64,000 bases of DNA, taken from positions 40,092,788 through 40,156,787 of the forward strand of contig CM120640.1 of the NCBI GenBank assembly GCA_051362555.1. The letters are read 5' to 3'. Under the pieces are notes generated by a model that searched no databases, was not told the origin of the DNA, and saw only the letters and a program-made list of their open reading frames with translations. Positions 1-14,270 of this stretch are shown in pieces; the first letter of the stretch is position 1; each line of letters starts with the position of its first letter. A program made the position numbers and the translations under genes. Source of the DNA: Lingula anatina (taxonomy: Eukaryota; Animalia; Brachiopoda).

Positions 1-3000
1 CCATATCAATGGCTGGTTTCATCTCAACGGCCACCCGATCAGCGTTTTGTTGCTCTTCCAGAGCGACTTCTTCCAGTTCCTTGCGCGAGAGGTGAGCAAC
101 GATGCCAGCACCAATGCTGTCTCCCATGACGTTCACCATAGTTCGGAAGCGATCTCTGAAAAATAAAATAATTGAAAATTACTTGTGACCGACAGTACAT
201 ATTATTTTAAAACCAATGAAAAGAGGGTTATACGCGTTAATTACGTACTGAAGTTGTCCTCAACACTCCGGAAATACAATGGGGAAAATATTCATATGTG
301 CTATTAAGCATTCTTGGTACTATACATGTACAACTATTTTGGATCGAAAAAATTACATTTGATACGTCAGCAAGTCTATGCATAAAAGTAATGCCGAAAA
401 TGCGCGATTGGGAGAACACACACAAAGGGTTTTGATGAAAACCCCACTGTAAATTTTAATCTATCTGAGATGTCATCAAGAACGACATACATAATGCACT
501 TACAGGAACCAGTCTATGGCAACAATCAACTGAATGTCTCCTAGCGGTAGCCCCACTGCAGTAAGCACGATTGCCATGGTAACCAGACCGGCTTGCGGCA
601 CTCCTGCTGCCCCAATGGAAGCTGCTGTGGCTGTGATGCTGAAGAATTAGATTGCAACACACGACGCGTTATACCTGATAAAAAAATTTACTAAGAAATA
701 CGAAGTGAAAAAAAATTAAAACAAATCAGTTGGGGAAAATAGAGAAATGATAGCCAAAACCAAATTCAGAAGTATTTTAACAGAGTTTGTACAGTTTTTG
801 AATGGATAAAAATGTGAAAAAATAAAATCGCAATTGAAATCATTTTCATGGAACTTCGTAATCCAGTAATTCCTATGACAAATCACTTCTATACATTTGA
901 CGTGCAATGCATTGCGGCATGTGATCCAGATGTGTTTTCACGACTACCACATCTAAGTTTAATGGCATTGTTTACCTTATTGTAATAATCTGTCCGATGT
1001 TAAGCGGAATGTTATTGACTTGAGCGATAAATATAGCAGCTACGGCTTCGTACAGAGCAGTACCGTCCATGTTAATTGTTGCACCTACGGGGATGACGAA
1101 ACCAACTGCATGCGGGTTGACCTTGTTGTTTTCTTCCAGACAAGTCATGGTGACGGGCATTGTAGCTGAGCTGGGTTAAAAGAAAATAAGAAAATGAAAT
1201 GTACGCTTACTATATATATAAAATTATCTCTGACATTAATACAAGGAATTTTACAATGCTGCATAAAGTCCATGTTTTACAAAAACTCTGAATTTAGACT
1301 TGCACTCAATAACTGACACTTTTTAATATTTTGATATCAAAGATTGTCTAATGCCTTGCAATTGTCTATAAAAACCCCTTTTAAACAAGTTCACATGTTC
1401 AGTGTTTGTTTAAGGGCTTCCAGTGATAGAAACTCAACCACTGATATCGGCAGACTGATTATATGAATGGATTAACATGAAGTACCACCACAAACCTTGA
1501 TGACGTTCCAAGAGCAGTTACCATTGCCTGCATCACGCCATAGATAAACTTGAAAGGATTTTTCCTGGTCATTATAAAGTATATCAGCGGCAGAACCACA
1601 ATGGCGTGAATGGCTAAACCGGACAGAACCGTTATCGTGTAGAACCCCACTTGTTCCAAAACCTGGCCAATGTCCTCCATTTCTACCACCTTTGAGGCGA
1701 TCAAGAACATAATACCAATGGGAGAGTACCTAATGCATGACAAAAAAAAAACAAAAAAAAAAAACAAAGCAGTATTATACTCCTACTTGTTTCAACACTT
1801 TCTTAATATTTTCATTAATTCTAACACTTTTGAGGTGCTCAATAGATTTTTTAAATATATAGATAGATTTTTTAAAGATTTTTTAAAGATTTTTTAAAAC
1901 GGGCCTCTACATGTATCCATTGTTGCATACCGATTATGCCAACTTCAGAATATCTCCCAATTTCTCTGGGTGAACATAAGTTTCCTACCTTATTAATCAA
2001 GTAAGAAAACTAAATGCATAGAAATTGACACTGCGACACTTGCCAATTACAACACGTTTTGTATAGAGGTGATTTATGACATAATTACAACGAAAGAGAC
2101 CATGATAATGGTATAAAAACGGTTTCAAACAAATAATCAATAGCAAAGTTAAACGAGGCCTAAGCAAGACGTGAAGCTTGTGCAACTTGGTCACAACCCT
2201 GTCCAGGACAGCGTAAAATGACCAATTGTTTTATGTCTAGATAAAAATATCAGGCCCGTAGCCAGGGGGGTTCGGGGGGTTCGAAGGAACCACCCTTTTT
2301 GCTGGGAAAAGGTCCACTCTGGGTAAAAATTGATCTATGTACTTGAGGATTTTATGGTAAAAGGTCCACTTTTTCAGATAACGAACCCCCCCCCCCCCTC
2401 TGAAATTTCTGGCTACGGGCCTGACTATAGTATATTCTTAGATATCACATCTTTATTATAAGATATTGCAAAACAGTAATATTAAAAAACTTCTTTGTAC
2501 GGGTGCAAATTCCAAAGTAACACAGTTATCCGTGCCATTGAATTATATTCTCTATTACATAATAACTGCAATAATACGAATTAGCAATGCCACTGTGAAG
2601 TGATACAGAGTAAGTCTGATAACACACAAGGAGATAACATAAATCCTATATTACACCGGTAAGTGCTATTTTATGTTACTGAGGGTGTTTTTGATCTCTT
2701 GGTCGACACCGACATATCAGACTTTGATTTTAATATGCTACTATTCAAAATTCACAGATTAAGTTTTTTTTTAATGATCAATGGTTTGCTTCAGATTTGT
2801 ACTCTTTTAAGAGTTAAAACCGCAACTTTTAACGTTGTAAAACATCCTATTAAAATGTAATATGTAATGTTCAGTACAGTGTACAGTACATGTATGATCT
2901 GGTTATCCTGATCAGAGAAGCCGTTTCGTCTACCATACTGTTAAGTTTCCAAGAAGTTAATTTAAAACCTAACCATCATATAACATAGTAATAACTTCAC

Positions 3001-5025
3001 TTAATATCCATTAAAACCAAGCAATTGGTGTTTTTGTCTCAGATATCTAAAATTCCATCAGTGAGAGTTTTCATGACTTAGATAAAAGAAATGAAACAGT
3101 TGCTGAGGAGCAATCAATATTCGTAAATATTTTAAAAGTGCACTATACAGTAAAATGTTGAGAGAGACTTTATCAAACTCTGCCCATGAAGTCGGCTTCC
3201 TTGACACCTACATAACAAATCATGACAAACTTTCCACTCTCCAGATAAAAAGAAAACATGGCTGTTATCACTGACGAACGAAGTGCCGCCATTACAAATA
3301 AACAGGCGATACGAGCTTCGCCTCTTACATAAACCAACACAACACATACCATATAACAACGGTAATCAACATCATGACAGCATCATTCACGGAATTGAAA
3401 AATTCCATCAGTATCCTCCCCTGTGGCCCCAAGCGGCTAATAACGATGCCAAAAGCCACGGAAAACACCACCAACCCCAATACGTTCATGCCGTCGTTTT
3501 TCACCAGTTTTGGTTTCACTGTCGGCACCCTGACGTAAAATACTGGAAAAGAAATCACACACGCAGATTAATTTAAATACAATTATTAAAATTTTATAAA
3601 CTTGTGTATGTACATGAGGAGTGAATAACGCGTGTTGTATGTTTTTACACAATGATTTACATGCATGTTTTTTTAAATTACTAATTAAGTGACAATTCAT
3701 ACTTGTAGCCTAAATGTTAAATTATCACCTTATATCATATATGATAATGATCAGTTTGGTCGTAAGCTAAATGTTTGAATGGATTTCGGCTTGCGTTTGA
3801 TAATTCTCATATATGATCCAACCACCAAGCAAAGGAACATTTTTGCTCAGTCACCTTATACCTTGTTTTACTGTTCCTTTTTTATTTGTGAAGTACTTGA
3901 TGCACTTACATGTATATACTCAGGTTCATGTTTAACCAACCACTATTGAATATCTTTTAATTAACGTTGAAACCAAATTTCGACTAAAATACTAAAATTA
4001 ACCACCGCTGAGTGGCTGCTGGGTTGCATATTGCCAGCCTATTTAATCTTCTCTTCCTCTTTGACTAACATCAAAGCAAGGAGGTAACTGTATGCGACAC
4101 TCAGTGTATGTATGGCCCAGCTAGGACATACGAAAGAATTCCGTTTTTCCCAGCTGCATGGGCCCAGTGGCCACTTTAGTTTTAATCCACGGGGTAAACT
4201 ATTCAAACGTTGAAAACTTATGCGAACTCATCAATTATTCATAAGACATTAAAACCAGACTATAGAGTTACCCATTAGTCTTCACACGTCTGTTTACCTA
4301 TTGCTACCTTGATATTAACATAATGTTATTACCTACCGGTAAGCTCTGTGTTTTGCTCTTCGAAAAAAAGATTTGTTTAAAAGAAAGTCAGGTCGGCATG
4401 TCTCACTCTTTTTCTTTTAAATGGTCGTCAAAAAAATTAAAAATTTGGCTACCCAAAACCGTTTCACTTGACTGCACCCCCCCCCCCCCCCTTCAAAATG
4501 CCTCCTTTGGACTTCTGTAAACCTTGGTTCCACTTCTGCTTTAGTCTGATAATAGAGATATCTTTAGTGTATTTGCTATTGGACATACTTGATCTGTCTG
4601 TGGACAAGATCTCTGTCCACAGACAGAGCAAGCACGAGGTCTGGACCTCAAATATCCTGCTGCGGAAATTGCTCATTTGCAAAAAAGTCAGCAGAAGAAG
4701 ATGAAATCTCTATTAATCGACCTACTCTGCTGCAGGTAAACGATCTTGTGTTTTGGGAAAAATAGTACTTACTTGTATTGTTGACGTCAGCTGGATCAGT
4801 CCTGTTCATGACACCGGTGATGTTCATACCGAGCTCTGCGGATTCCTTGTCCATCTTATCCATGGCAGTGGTCAGTGAGGTGTACTGTGACTGGTCAGTA
4901 GTCATGTTGATGGTCACTTCTGACCACGTAAGGCTGTCGACGCCAGACGCTGTTTTCGTCTTGAAATCAAACGGCAGTGATTCAGCTTTTTAGTAGAGTA
5001 CATTTTAACAACATTTTTTTTATTA

Positions 5026-5058
<33 letters not shown>

Positions 5059-7868
5059 CTTGTTGCAATTTCCTTTGAATTTTCTCGTCTTCTCCAAAGA
5101 CAAAATATGAAGCTGACTTTTTTTTTCACAATTTGATTATACAAATATTTGCCTTATCCAAAGATATTCTCCTACAATATTTAAATTGTTTTAGATAAAA
5201 TAAATTATTAATTGACTGACCTGCCTAAAGCAAGACTCCACCAGATTATCCGGGAGCATGTTTCTGGAATGGAGAAATGATCAAAGGTGTAGATGTTAAG
5301 TATTTCATTCATGAAGTGTGAAGAGTGTTTTATTTTAAAGAATGGCACGTCACAGAGAATATAAAACAACGTAAACTCCACGTTTATTTAGTGGTCGCAA
5401 CATAATCCAGTATTTTGAAATGTATTAAGGTACATATTGAATTTTTCAACAAGTTCTGCGAAATTGAAAAGTGATTCACCGTCAAGTCTGAATAGGCCTA
5501 CTATATACACAGTGATTATATATAAAACTTAAATTAAAATAATGATTGGCATTGAAAACTCTTGATTTAATTAAAGCGATAATCGATCAAATTATATGGA
5601 CAAAAATGTTTTTCTAAGCTGCATGAAGACACTGTGACTCTTGCAAACATTGATACCAGTTGATAACTTAGTTTTTAACAAAATAACTGATTGTTTTTTG
5701 CAGACAACATAAAGTTTATGGTGAAATAAAGCATCTCGGTTTATCAACTTGATGTTTACACAAAGCAGTGGTGTACACGGGGTGGGTATTCTTCTAAAAC
5801 GAAAAATCAAACATATCCCGTAGGATACACCCACTTTTTTTCCAAAATTCATATACTTAAAGTTGGTCCATCACTTCGAAGGAAAATTACCCCATCTTTT
5901 TCCAACTAAAACATCCTCCCTCTCCCTTGCTTCATAAAAACGACAAGCTCCTATAGCTCAACTACATGGGCTCTGATAAAGAAAAGAAGTGCCATATACA
6001 GTGAAATAGGTATTTAACTGTCATTGCCTGGGATGGTAAAATAAATAAATAGTTTTCAGTCTTTTTATATATATATTTCTTTAGACACGGGTTTATTTTT
6101 CACCAAGGCTGAAATTGACATAATGATTACCAACAAGTCCCATATACAGCACATGGATATTTTCAAAACTGCACCATATCTTCAAACATATACTGGGACG
6201 CATTTCAATGAAAACATGTACCACTCGAACGCCAAGCACCGAGTGTTAGAAAAAATGTGCACACAAAGGAATTGAAATAAGCAGGAGAGGACACTTGGCT
6301 GACGATAAATTCATGTCGAATATCTAGAATGGGCGGGATGGAAGGAAGTAAAAGCCCGGATCAATTTTGTACCTCCCCTCTCCTCCGCCCCCCCCCCCCC
6401 CCTCCTACCCAATGCGTTGCCTGGCAATAGTATTGTTTTCGTCTTATCTTGTGTTGACCTAAACCAGATATGGCGGAAACTACGGTGAAAATGTGTTTAT
6501 TGGCACTATACGGGGTCGCTTATCAGCCCCTGAAAACGTTCTCGTTTCATTACGGTATACTCGGTAGTAAAATTCTTACATAAGATTCAACATCAATCAA
6601 AAATTATTGACACATTTTAAACAATTTGAAAAAGGCATTATCTCTCGCATGCAAAACTAATTGCTAATCAATTGAATAAACAATAAAAAGCGTCTGACGG
6701 TACTGGCTGCAAGAGCTTAGGGAAAGATGGGTAGTCCATTTCAAACTACTCTAGGTGACATCTCCCCTTATCTGTTGATGACTACTTGTCAAGCGTGCCA
6801 CCCAGTTTCGTCCTTGGCGTGATATTTTTTTTTTTTTTTTTTTTTTTTTTGGAAATAAAAAATCACTTTTTTAACCCCATAGAGTCTAACGGTTGTTTTA
6901 ATAACTTAAACGTTATTGTAGAGTGATATAATTTTTACGTGCATACAGTGCTTGCTTTTAACTCTGTAATCAATAGAGCTAAACTAACCAATAAAGCGGA
7001 CTGTTCCAGTCTAAATATTAACCACAACACTGTACTGTTATATTCAGCCATGATTGAGTTTTATTGGGACGGAGGAGATATTACATTTTTAATTCTGAAG
7101 AAGGAAAAATTGTAGTATCATAAATTACTTTTTCAAGTTTGACAATAAAATGATCGAAGGAAACAAAAAGTTAACTCAATACACAATAAGAAGGGCCACG
7201 GAGTGAACGGGGAGTGGCATGGCGGGTGTCCTGAGATTTGTTCATAACAAACATCGAGAGCAAACAATGTAATCTTATTTAGCAGCGCCGTGCTTGTCTG
7301 TTTGTCGTCAACAATATCAGTCAGGGACGTTAAATCTATATAGGAAGAGCCACGGGTTAAGTTAACGATATCACCTTTAATCGACCTTGGCAATCACAAG
7401 GTTGACACTTTAAAGACGCCCGGTGCGGTTGAAACTGTGTTAACACTTAATTGTTTGCTATCATAGAAGTGTATTTTTTCACTTTAAAGAGTATTTTGCG
7501 TCTTTTGAAGAGCCAGTTTAAAGTATTCCACACAGATTAATCACTTCAACATATTTCCTGAGATATTAAACTTTTTTGTTCTTGATATACTTGGGACTGG
7601 TCCGGAAGAATAATAAATCTGGGTCGGTGACAGGGAATGGTCCACTTGTTTTGTTAATATAATACAATAACAGTAATCAAAGACAGTCACAAGATAAACG
7701 AAACAGCATTACAGAACGTGTCGCGCCAGCCTTGCAAAGGTGTGTCGTTTACATTCACGCAGGTTTGCTGCATGCAAGTACTGTATAATTTAAGAGTAGT
7801 AATTTGCGCAGTCACACAAATTGTGACAGTGCAGCATAAATAAAACGTACTCGATGACGTGTGTGTAT

Positions 7869-7899
<31 letters not shown>

Positions 7900-8713
7900 G
7901 GCACTACAGGGTTTTGTGCCACGTACCCCCCGAAAGGTTAATGGTTTGTTTACATGCAAGCATTCCAAGCGAAAATCGTGCCCCCCCCCCCAACATTATT
8001 TTCCCCAAATAAAAATTGTTACTCAATTAATTTTTACTGGGGGAAGGGGTGTAAAAGGTACACCAGCTAACAGAAAATTTTTGAGATCTTCATTTCTTTT
8101 TAAAACTTAATTTAACTTTGTTTTATTTTTAAATACGAATAGATAAGTAATGGCAATGGATATATTAAAGAAGAATATCAGAAACAACAGCTGTCGCGCA
8201 GCATATCATTTACATGCGTCGTGCTCTACAATAATGTACAGCATTTAATTAGTATTGAAAAAAAACAATTGAGTAGTCTTACCTTACAAGATCAAGGAAA
8301 GCATCAGCCGTATTCACTTCAACACTTTGTTCTGCCACCTTGCTTGTCTGCCCACGATTCCCGGGTTGAATGGACACCACGAGGACAATCCCAAGAATAA
8401 CTGCCAAGAGGGTGGTGACCATGTAGTAGACCACCGCCCTCAGCCCCATCTTCCCTGCTGCTTTTGCCGGTAAAGCTGCCAATCCGGAGATGAGGCTGGA
8501 TACCACAAGTGGTAGGATGAGCATTTTCAGCATACGAAGAAGGATCTCGCCGGGGAAATTAAGGTAGAAAACTTCTCTGGCGGTGAAAGGAGGTTGCTTC
8601 ATCCTTAGGGCGGCTCCCATGCCTATGCCGATGCCCATTCCAGCAATGAGCAAGATCACCAGCAAGTGAGGACGGAAGACAGCCCAACATTTCTTCGCTT
8701 TGGAACTAGCCAT
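1..8713 (-). CDS. SLC1A: Excitatory amino acid transporter (SLC1A/EAAT family), 8 coding exons visible, C-terminus beyond window start
   Basis: Exons 8713-8283, 5263-5221, 4959-4773, 3542-3350, 1729-1496, 1170-976, 638-504 and 155-<1 are all GT-AG with consistent phase. Motifs: [54 protein letters not shown] (HP1), [13 protein letters not shown] (TM7), [13 protein letters not shown] (HP2), [18 protein letters not shown] (TM8). The TM8 Arg and ALYE Glu indicate an acidic-substrate EAAT rather than ASCT. The specific vertebrate orthologue cannot be assigned. Confidence 0.95.
2251..2423. mobile_element. MITE with 15-bp TIR CAGGCCCGTAGCCAG (hAT-like)
   Basis: CAGGCCCGTAGCCAG at 2251 and CTGGCTACGGGCCTG ending 2423. 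Flanks AATAT/ACTAT are a 5-bp TSD with one mismatch. An inverted copy lies at 24892-25059 and a decayed copy at about 11790-11970. Confidence 0.85.
5026..5058. repeat. (AAT)n microsatellite
   Basis: Direct reading. Confidence 0.9.
6130..6208 (+). repeat. Dispersed repeat fragment, second copy at about 12240-12310
   Basis: Shared ...ccatatac...ttttcaaaactgcaccatatcttcaaacat(a/t)tactgg(g/a)acgcatttcaa. Confidence 0.7.
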
Positions 8714-11362
8714 TTTGTTCTCTGTGTTTAAGTGTTCACTTTCTTTACGTGAGCAATTAATATTAAAGCCAATCCCTTTGTAAAACAGTCCTCTTTTATG
8801 TCACTTTTTCCAAATGAAAAAAATCAATGGAACAATATTTTCCCTCAAATTTCCCCGTTCAAATGTATACTCGAACAGCGAACTTCAACTTGAGCCTTTC
8901 TACGCGTTCAAATCTGTTAATATCGTGTTTACCACGCGGAGTCTATATATCCTTCATCGACGACAGCACCTTATCAAAGTAGTCCACTGTTGTGTACACC
9001 TGCGACTTAAAAGCCCTCACTATTTGAGTAGGAATAAACGAGTAGACCCTTCCTGTGCGGTGCCCTGTATACGTCACGCGTCCAGTAAGTCCTGTGTAGT
9101 ACTAGATTTCTACGCCAAGACAGACATGGACAGAAGCCTCCGGCCTATTATGATTATTCAGTCCCCACTGTATGATCTAATAATTGGCAGCTTTTTGTCG
9201 GAGCTTGTCGAGTACTTTGGCAGTGACAAATCGCGCGTTGAGTAATTTCACAATACACTTCACAGCAAATCGTATGTGAAAGCTATGCTAATATTATAAT
9301 AAAGATACGCGTGTTTTGATTAATTTATCATGTAAGGACTTGCAGTATAGTGACGGAGATTTAAAGATATGATTTTGTTAAAAGTTATTTAAAGAGCTGC
9401 AGTCATAAGGGATGTGATATATGTTTGTATATCGCACGTGTTTGTGACTGTGAAAGACATGAACTAAAACTTGTCAAATATATATTTAAATCAATGCCTC
9501 AATTTTGAGAGTTTGGTAACGTCATCGCTCATGTGATTAAATTGGAGCTCCATCACTGACTAGCTGAAGTCCTTGAGAAGTCAAAATAACGTTGGTCAAG
9601 AAAAATAATCAAAATAATTCATATATTGTCTCTGCTGAATATCTACCAGTCCTCACAATTTAAACTTAAATATTAATTTGAATACTTTAGATTGTTTTAT
9701 AATACACTCAAAAATGGATTTCAATATTCATCTTGCATAGAAACTCCTGTCAAGAAACATTACCCCAGTTAACATACATGAAAAAATTAAATTCACACAC
9801 TATAACCGCTCCATAAGACTAAGACCACGCCCTACACTGCAGAAAAAAGACATCAACCATCCGCACATATAATTTTTGTCTGCCAAGTACCTGCATATGG
9901 CCCTAGGGTTCTATTTAGGCTGACCAACAGAGAGTGAAATGGTAGAATCGCCAAACACCGTCATCTCCAACAGTTCTGTGTGGAAGTTAACATATTCTAC
10001 TAGTCCGATATTTTAAGTATCCTATACGTGGTTTTCCTGTCATATCGAAATTTTCCCGAAGAAATTCTCCAGGTCACCAATCATTGCTCGACCCGTCCCA
10101 GCATTTGGATTCGATGGTTTACATCAATTTTTATTAGATAATCAAGTTCGCAATGATTGGCAAGTCACTTACTCCGCCATGTCCTCGTGTAGAAAGAAAG
10201 AAATTGGGGGCTTTCGTATAGGGGCCTATAAATTCTACATGTTTTGGGTTTTGTACATAAACGTGTGCGTTTAGTTCTGAGGGTGAGATGTCGTTTGATC
10301 ATACTGTACTTCAAGTTCAAATATAATAATAAATATATTGAACCGCCAGACTTGCCATTTCTTATTTTTCTTTCTGGTAAAAGAGTAAATGGGATTACTC
10401 ACTGTTTCGCATTATTTGGCACCAGGTACTTAAGTTTTATTCTAGGGGTTATATAGTTTTTAAGTTTTGAATTGGGAGAGATAAGCAGCTTTGAAGGATA
10501 TGTAAACATAGAAAAATATATCTTTGGGACATTTTCAAACGCGGATAGTATACCTTTAAACGTTAACAGGCAGTCGCAATAAGCGTTTCGTCTCTGGAAA
10601 TTCATTATTCATTCAATTTATTTGCAATAGATTAATATAATCCATCATAATTGATCATTATTAAGCTTTATTACAGCACAAAAATAACATTTAAAGCAGT
10701 TGTATTTGTATAGGTGTAACCTCTTGACAACGAGTTGCGTGTCAAAGACTGCCGTAGATGACGGACATGTATCAGTTATATAACACGGCATGGGGAGCAG
10801 TATCGCACACACACACAAATATAGGGAAAAAACATTAACAGGTCAAAGCCAGATAAATATGTTACCTACGATTATAACAGCTCCACTCCTCACTTAACTG
10901 CTCGCTAGTTTTGATTAACCTCCACTCGAAAACATATTTATTTGATTTTGTTTGATATCGAATTGCCACCCCTTACATAATATTTATCAATACTGCAAAC
11001 TTATCAAAGTTTACTACTCAGAACTTTTCAGATATTTGTTAAAGCAGTCCTTTGTTCTATAGATAAGGGAGAGGCGTATCAGTTTGGTTGCTAGTTAAGG
11101 AGGATTGAGTTGCTACTTAAGGAGGATTAGAACTCTCCAATGCCACATCCGATGATCGACCTAAATAAATTCTCACAATTTAATTTTATAATTATTTCAC
11201 TTTCTTTATTTTTTTTTTATGTATTTATTTATCTATACTTAACTTGATCATTTTCTGTGCATTGGAGGTTCTTCTTCTTCTTCTTCTTCTTTTTTTTTTT
11301 TTTTTTTTTTGTCTCTTTTTTTACTTATTTCATTATAATTACTAATATTCTATTTCCTTCAG

Positions 11363-11544
11363 AGAAGAATGTGCCAGAAGAGAAGTTCAAGAAGAGACTG
11401 GAATGAAACTGACCAGGGTGGACTTTGCCACTGTGGTCAATGTGGTGTGGTGGGAACACAATGTCCATTACGTTGACATAATGATGCTAGGAGCAGTTAA
11501 CAGAGGATGTGAACCACAAAATTTGGAACCTGATAAATGTGAAG
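11363..11544 (+). pseudogene. NUDT15: Isolated NUDT15 (MTH2)-like Nudix hydrolase internal exon
   Basis: Bounded by ttccttcag and G|gttaaa. The open frame reads EECARREVQEETGMKLTRVDFATVVNVVWWEHNVHYVDIMMLGAVNRGCEPQNLEPDKCE: the C-terminal half of the Nudix box (RExxEExG) plus NUDT15-type FAxVVN, HYV and EPxNxEPxKxE. No N-terminal (LPGGHLE) or C-terminal (WEW) exon was found nearby. Confidence 0.75.
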
Positions 11545-14021
11545 GTTAAAATGGGTTTTGTTGGTGTGTCTTTTACTTTAGACAAATTTATATTTACTTG
11601 ACAACAAGAATACTCTTTCGATTTTTTTTTATTTTCTTGCATTTGACTGATATAAACTAGGTGGAGGAACTAAGTGCAAGTGTAATATTAAGCCTCATAA
11701 AATAGATTTTTTAGACCATTGCAGAAGGGATCAAAATATTTTATGATTATATAGTTTCCAGATATTGTTTATTCTTATTGTTATAATTGCACGTCTTACA
11801 TGGGAGGGTTCAAAAGAACCACCCTTTTAGTTTGAAATGAATCTGAGTCCAAATTTAAATTGGGTCCTATATGCTAGCTATTTCTCTGGGGAGTGAAGGT
11901 CCAGTTTTAGAAAAATACCTCCCTCCCTACAGTTCTCCTTTCCCCTTTGAAATTGCTGTCTACAGGCTTGATATTATATTAATACCTTATGCAATCATTT
12001 ATATCACATATTTTTAAGAAATACAGTAGGCCTAATCTAAGCAAAAATGCAAAACCATATTGATTTCAAACATGACTGCCAACATAACATCTTTAGTGGG
12101 CAGAGATTGTAGTTAAAAATCTACTGTGGTCATAAGTGGTCTGCAGCAAGTTGACCCCTTGCCAGATTGCAGTTTTTATTCGTCTTTTTTTTTCATAATT
12201 TCAGTGTTTAGTCTATTTTAATTCAATCTTTTTTTACCACCAAGTTCCATATACAAGGGCATTTTCAAAACTGCACCATATCTTCAAACATTTACTGGAA
12301 CGCATTTCAAGTACTACACATGTACTACTGTCCAGGTTGCTGGTTGCAGTCTTTTTACTTTTTTTCCACAGTACCATCAAGCACTCAGCGCTGCAGACCC
12401 TTCCTCAGTAGGGCTGCTGCTAGGTGAAGAAAGAACACAGCAACGACCTAGGAGCAATTTCAAAACAAAATGTATAAAACTAAGAGTAATAAAAAAAGAG
12501 GCATTCTGAGATAAGTGGCGTGATATTTGCCTTCATGTTAAGCACCATGATGGCACTAGGGGAGAGGAGTGAACCCTTTTCTCTGTGTATTTAAAAAAGG
12601 AGCAAGATGCTCTCATGTACCATTTCTGCATTACATTTTAGAGAAATCAGCCTTATAATCTGAATGCCTGAACTTATTTTTTTATATTCCTTCACAACCC
12701 AATGCAGAATATTTACTTCACTTTTATAGATATGCTTAGAATCTTTAGTGCATTATATTTATAGCCTTTACTTATATTACATTTGTAGACTTGAGTCATT
12801 TTTCTTGGCGAAAAGACTATAATTCTCCACAAAACAGCAAAGATAATCTCGCCATTTATTACAAAAAAAAAGAGCTTCAAGTATATCAACAGCCTTTACT
12901 TATATTACATTTGTAGACTCACTTTATTATTGAGTAAATATAAAAAACAGAGCAATAAAATGAAATAATCTTTATTCTTGCATACATGAGATACTTGGTC
13001 CCATAAACTGAAATATTACATTTGTCATCAAAATATAAGGTGTTTAGAAGAGATAAACATAGACACATGTAGCAGCACATTGAAATAATATCACATATTT
13101 TTAATTATACTCATATGTCTTTCACTGAGTTCACAGGGAATGCAAAGTGAAGTCCCTAAAAACTAGATTAGGGAACAAACAAAATCAGAGTAAATAAAGA
13201 TGTTATATTAATATATGTGTTAAAAGTTACTGGTTACATACCGTTTTTTAAAAATGGACTTATATTATGCTTACATTTACAGTAACTCAGGCAAAAATAC
13301 AGTTTCGTCTCTTTCCCATTTTGTATGTTGACAAAAGCAAGCGATAAACCTACTGAGACTATACATATGCACAGTAAGAATCAATTTTTTAACTATTGCA
13401 AGCACTTTGTAATCACAAATACGGCAAAATCAAGGGGCTGAGAAAACAATCACTAATTCGTGAATAATTTACTTAATGATCTACTGCACTGAATACAGAA
13501 CTAACAAATAAGTGACTACAAATAACATCCATCTATATCTTATCTCAGGTATTATGCATAACAGAGAGAAATAAATAAGGATACATGGTCCCTTAGGTTC
13601 ATTTACCTTGTCATTTACCACAGAACTTGTTGCATAAAATGCCGAATTATTTCATATATGATATGAGAGCTGGTAAATGAACTGTCTGGCCACCACAAAC
13701 TGACAATGTCACATCTCATATCTGAAACAGGATAACTCCTTTACTCACACTGCATGTGTTACACGTGATAAACTGTGACTGAAAACATACAAAATCACAT
13801 AGCCTAAAAGCACAGTATGTATCTTTATAGAACTGGTCATTTAAGGAATAAACCAGGCTAGCTACCATGTCAACCACATTAAAAAATATCATTAAATTTA
13901 ATATCAGAGCCCCTATCATATCAAAACACTATAATATATTCATGAATTATTTTTAAAAACTATATTTGTTTGAGGTAATGTTACTACTAGTGACATATCC
14001 TATGGCAGGGTTTGACTTTAA

Positions 14022-14270
14022 GACCCACTTCCAATAGACACCATTGGTCTATGTGGAACAACCAAGGGACAACCGCTAAGTGCAATCAGCTTAACAGATT
14101 AACACGCCCCCTCTTGGTGTTAAGTAGAATAAAGAAAAGCTTGTGATTATAAGAATATGTTGGAAACAAGTGGAGGTGTGTCATTCAGTTAGCTGATTGC
14201 ACTTAGTGAGTGTCCCTGCAGATTTGGGTTGATCCTTGAAGACGGATGGTGTCTATGGGAATGGGGTGTA
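14022..14270. mobile_element. Palindromic MITE (Harbinger-like family shared with 24746-25187 and 27706-28035)
   Basis: Imperfect inverted arms: cccacttccaatagacaccat versus atggtgtctatgggaatggggt, and ctaagtgcaatcagct versus agctgattgcacttag. Confidence 0.65.

Noticed and set aside
8814-9245. 143-aa + strand ORF upstream of SLC1A
   Set aside because: No recognisable motif; it overlaps the expected SLC1A 5' UTR and promoter on the opposite strand.
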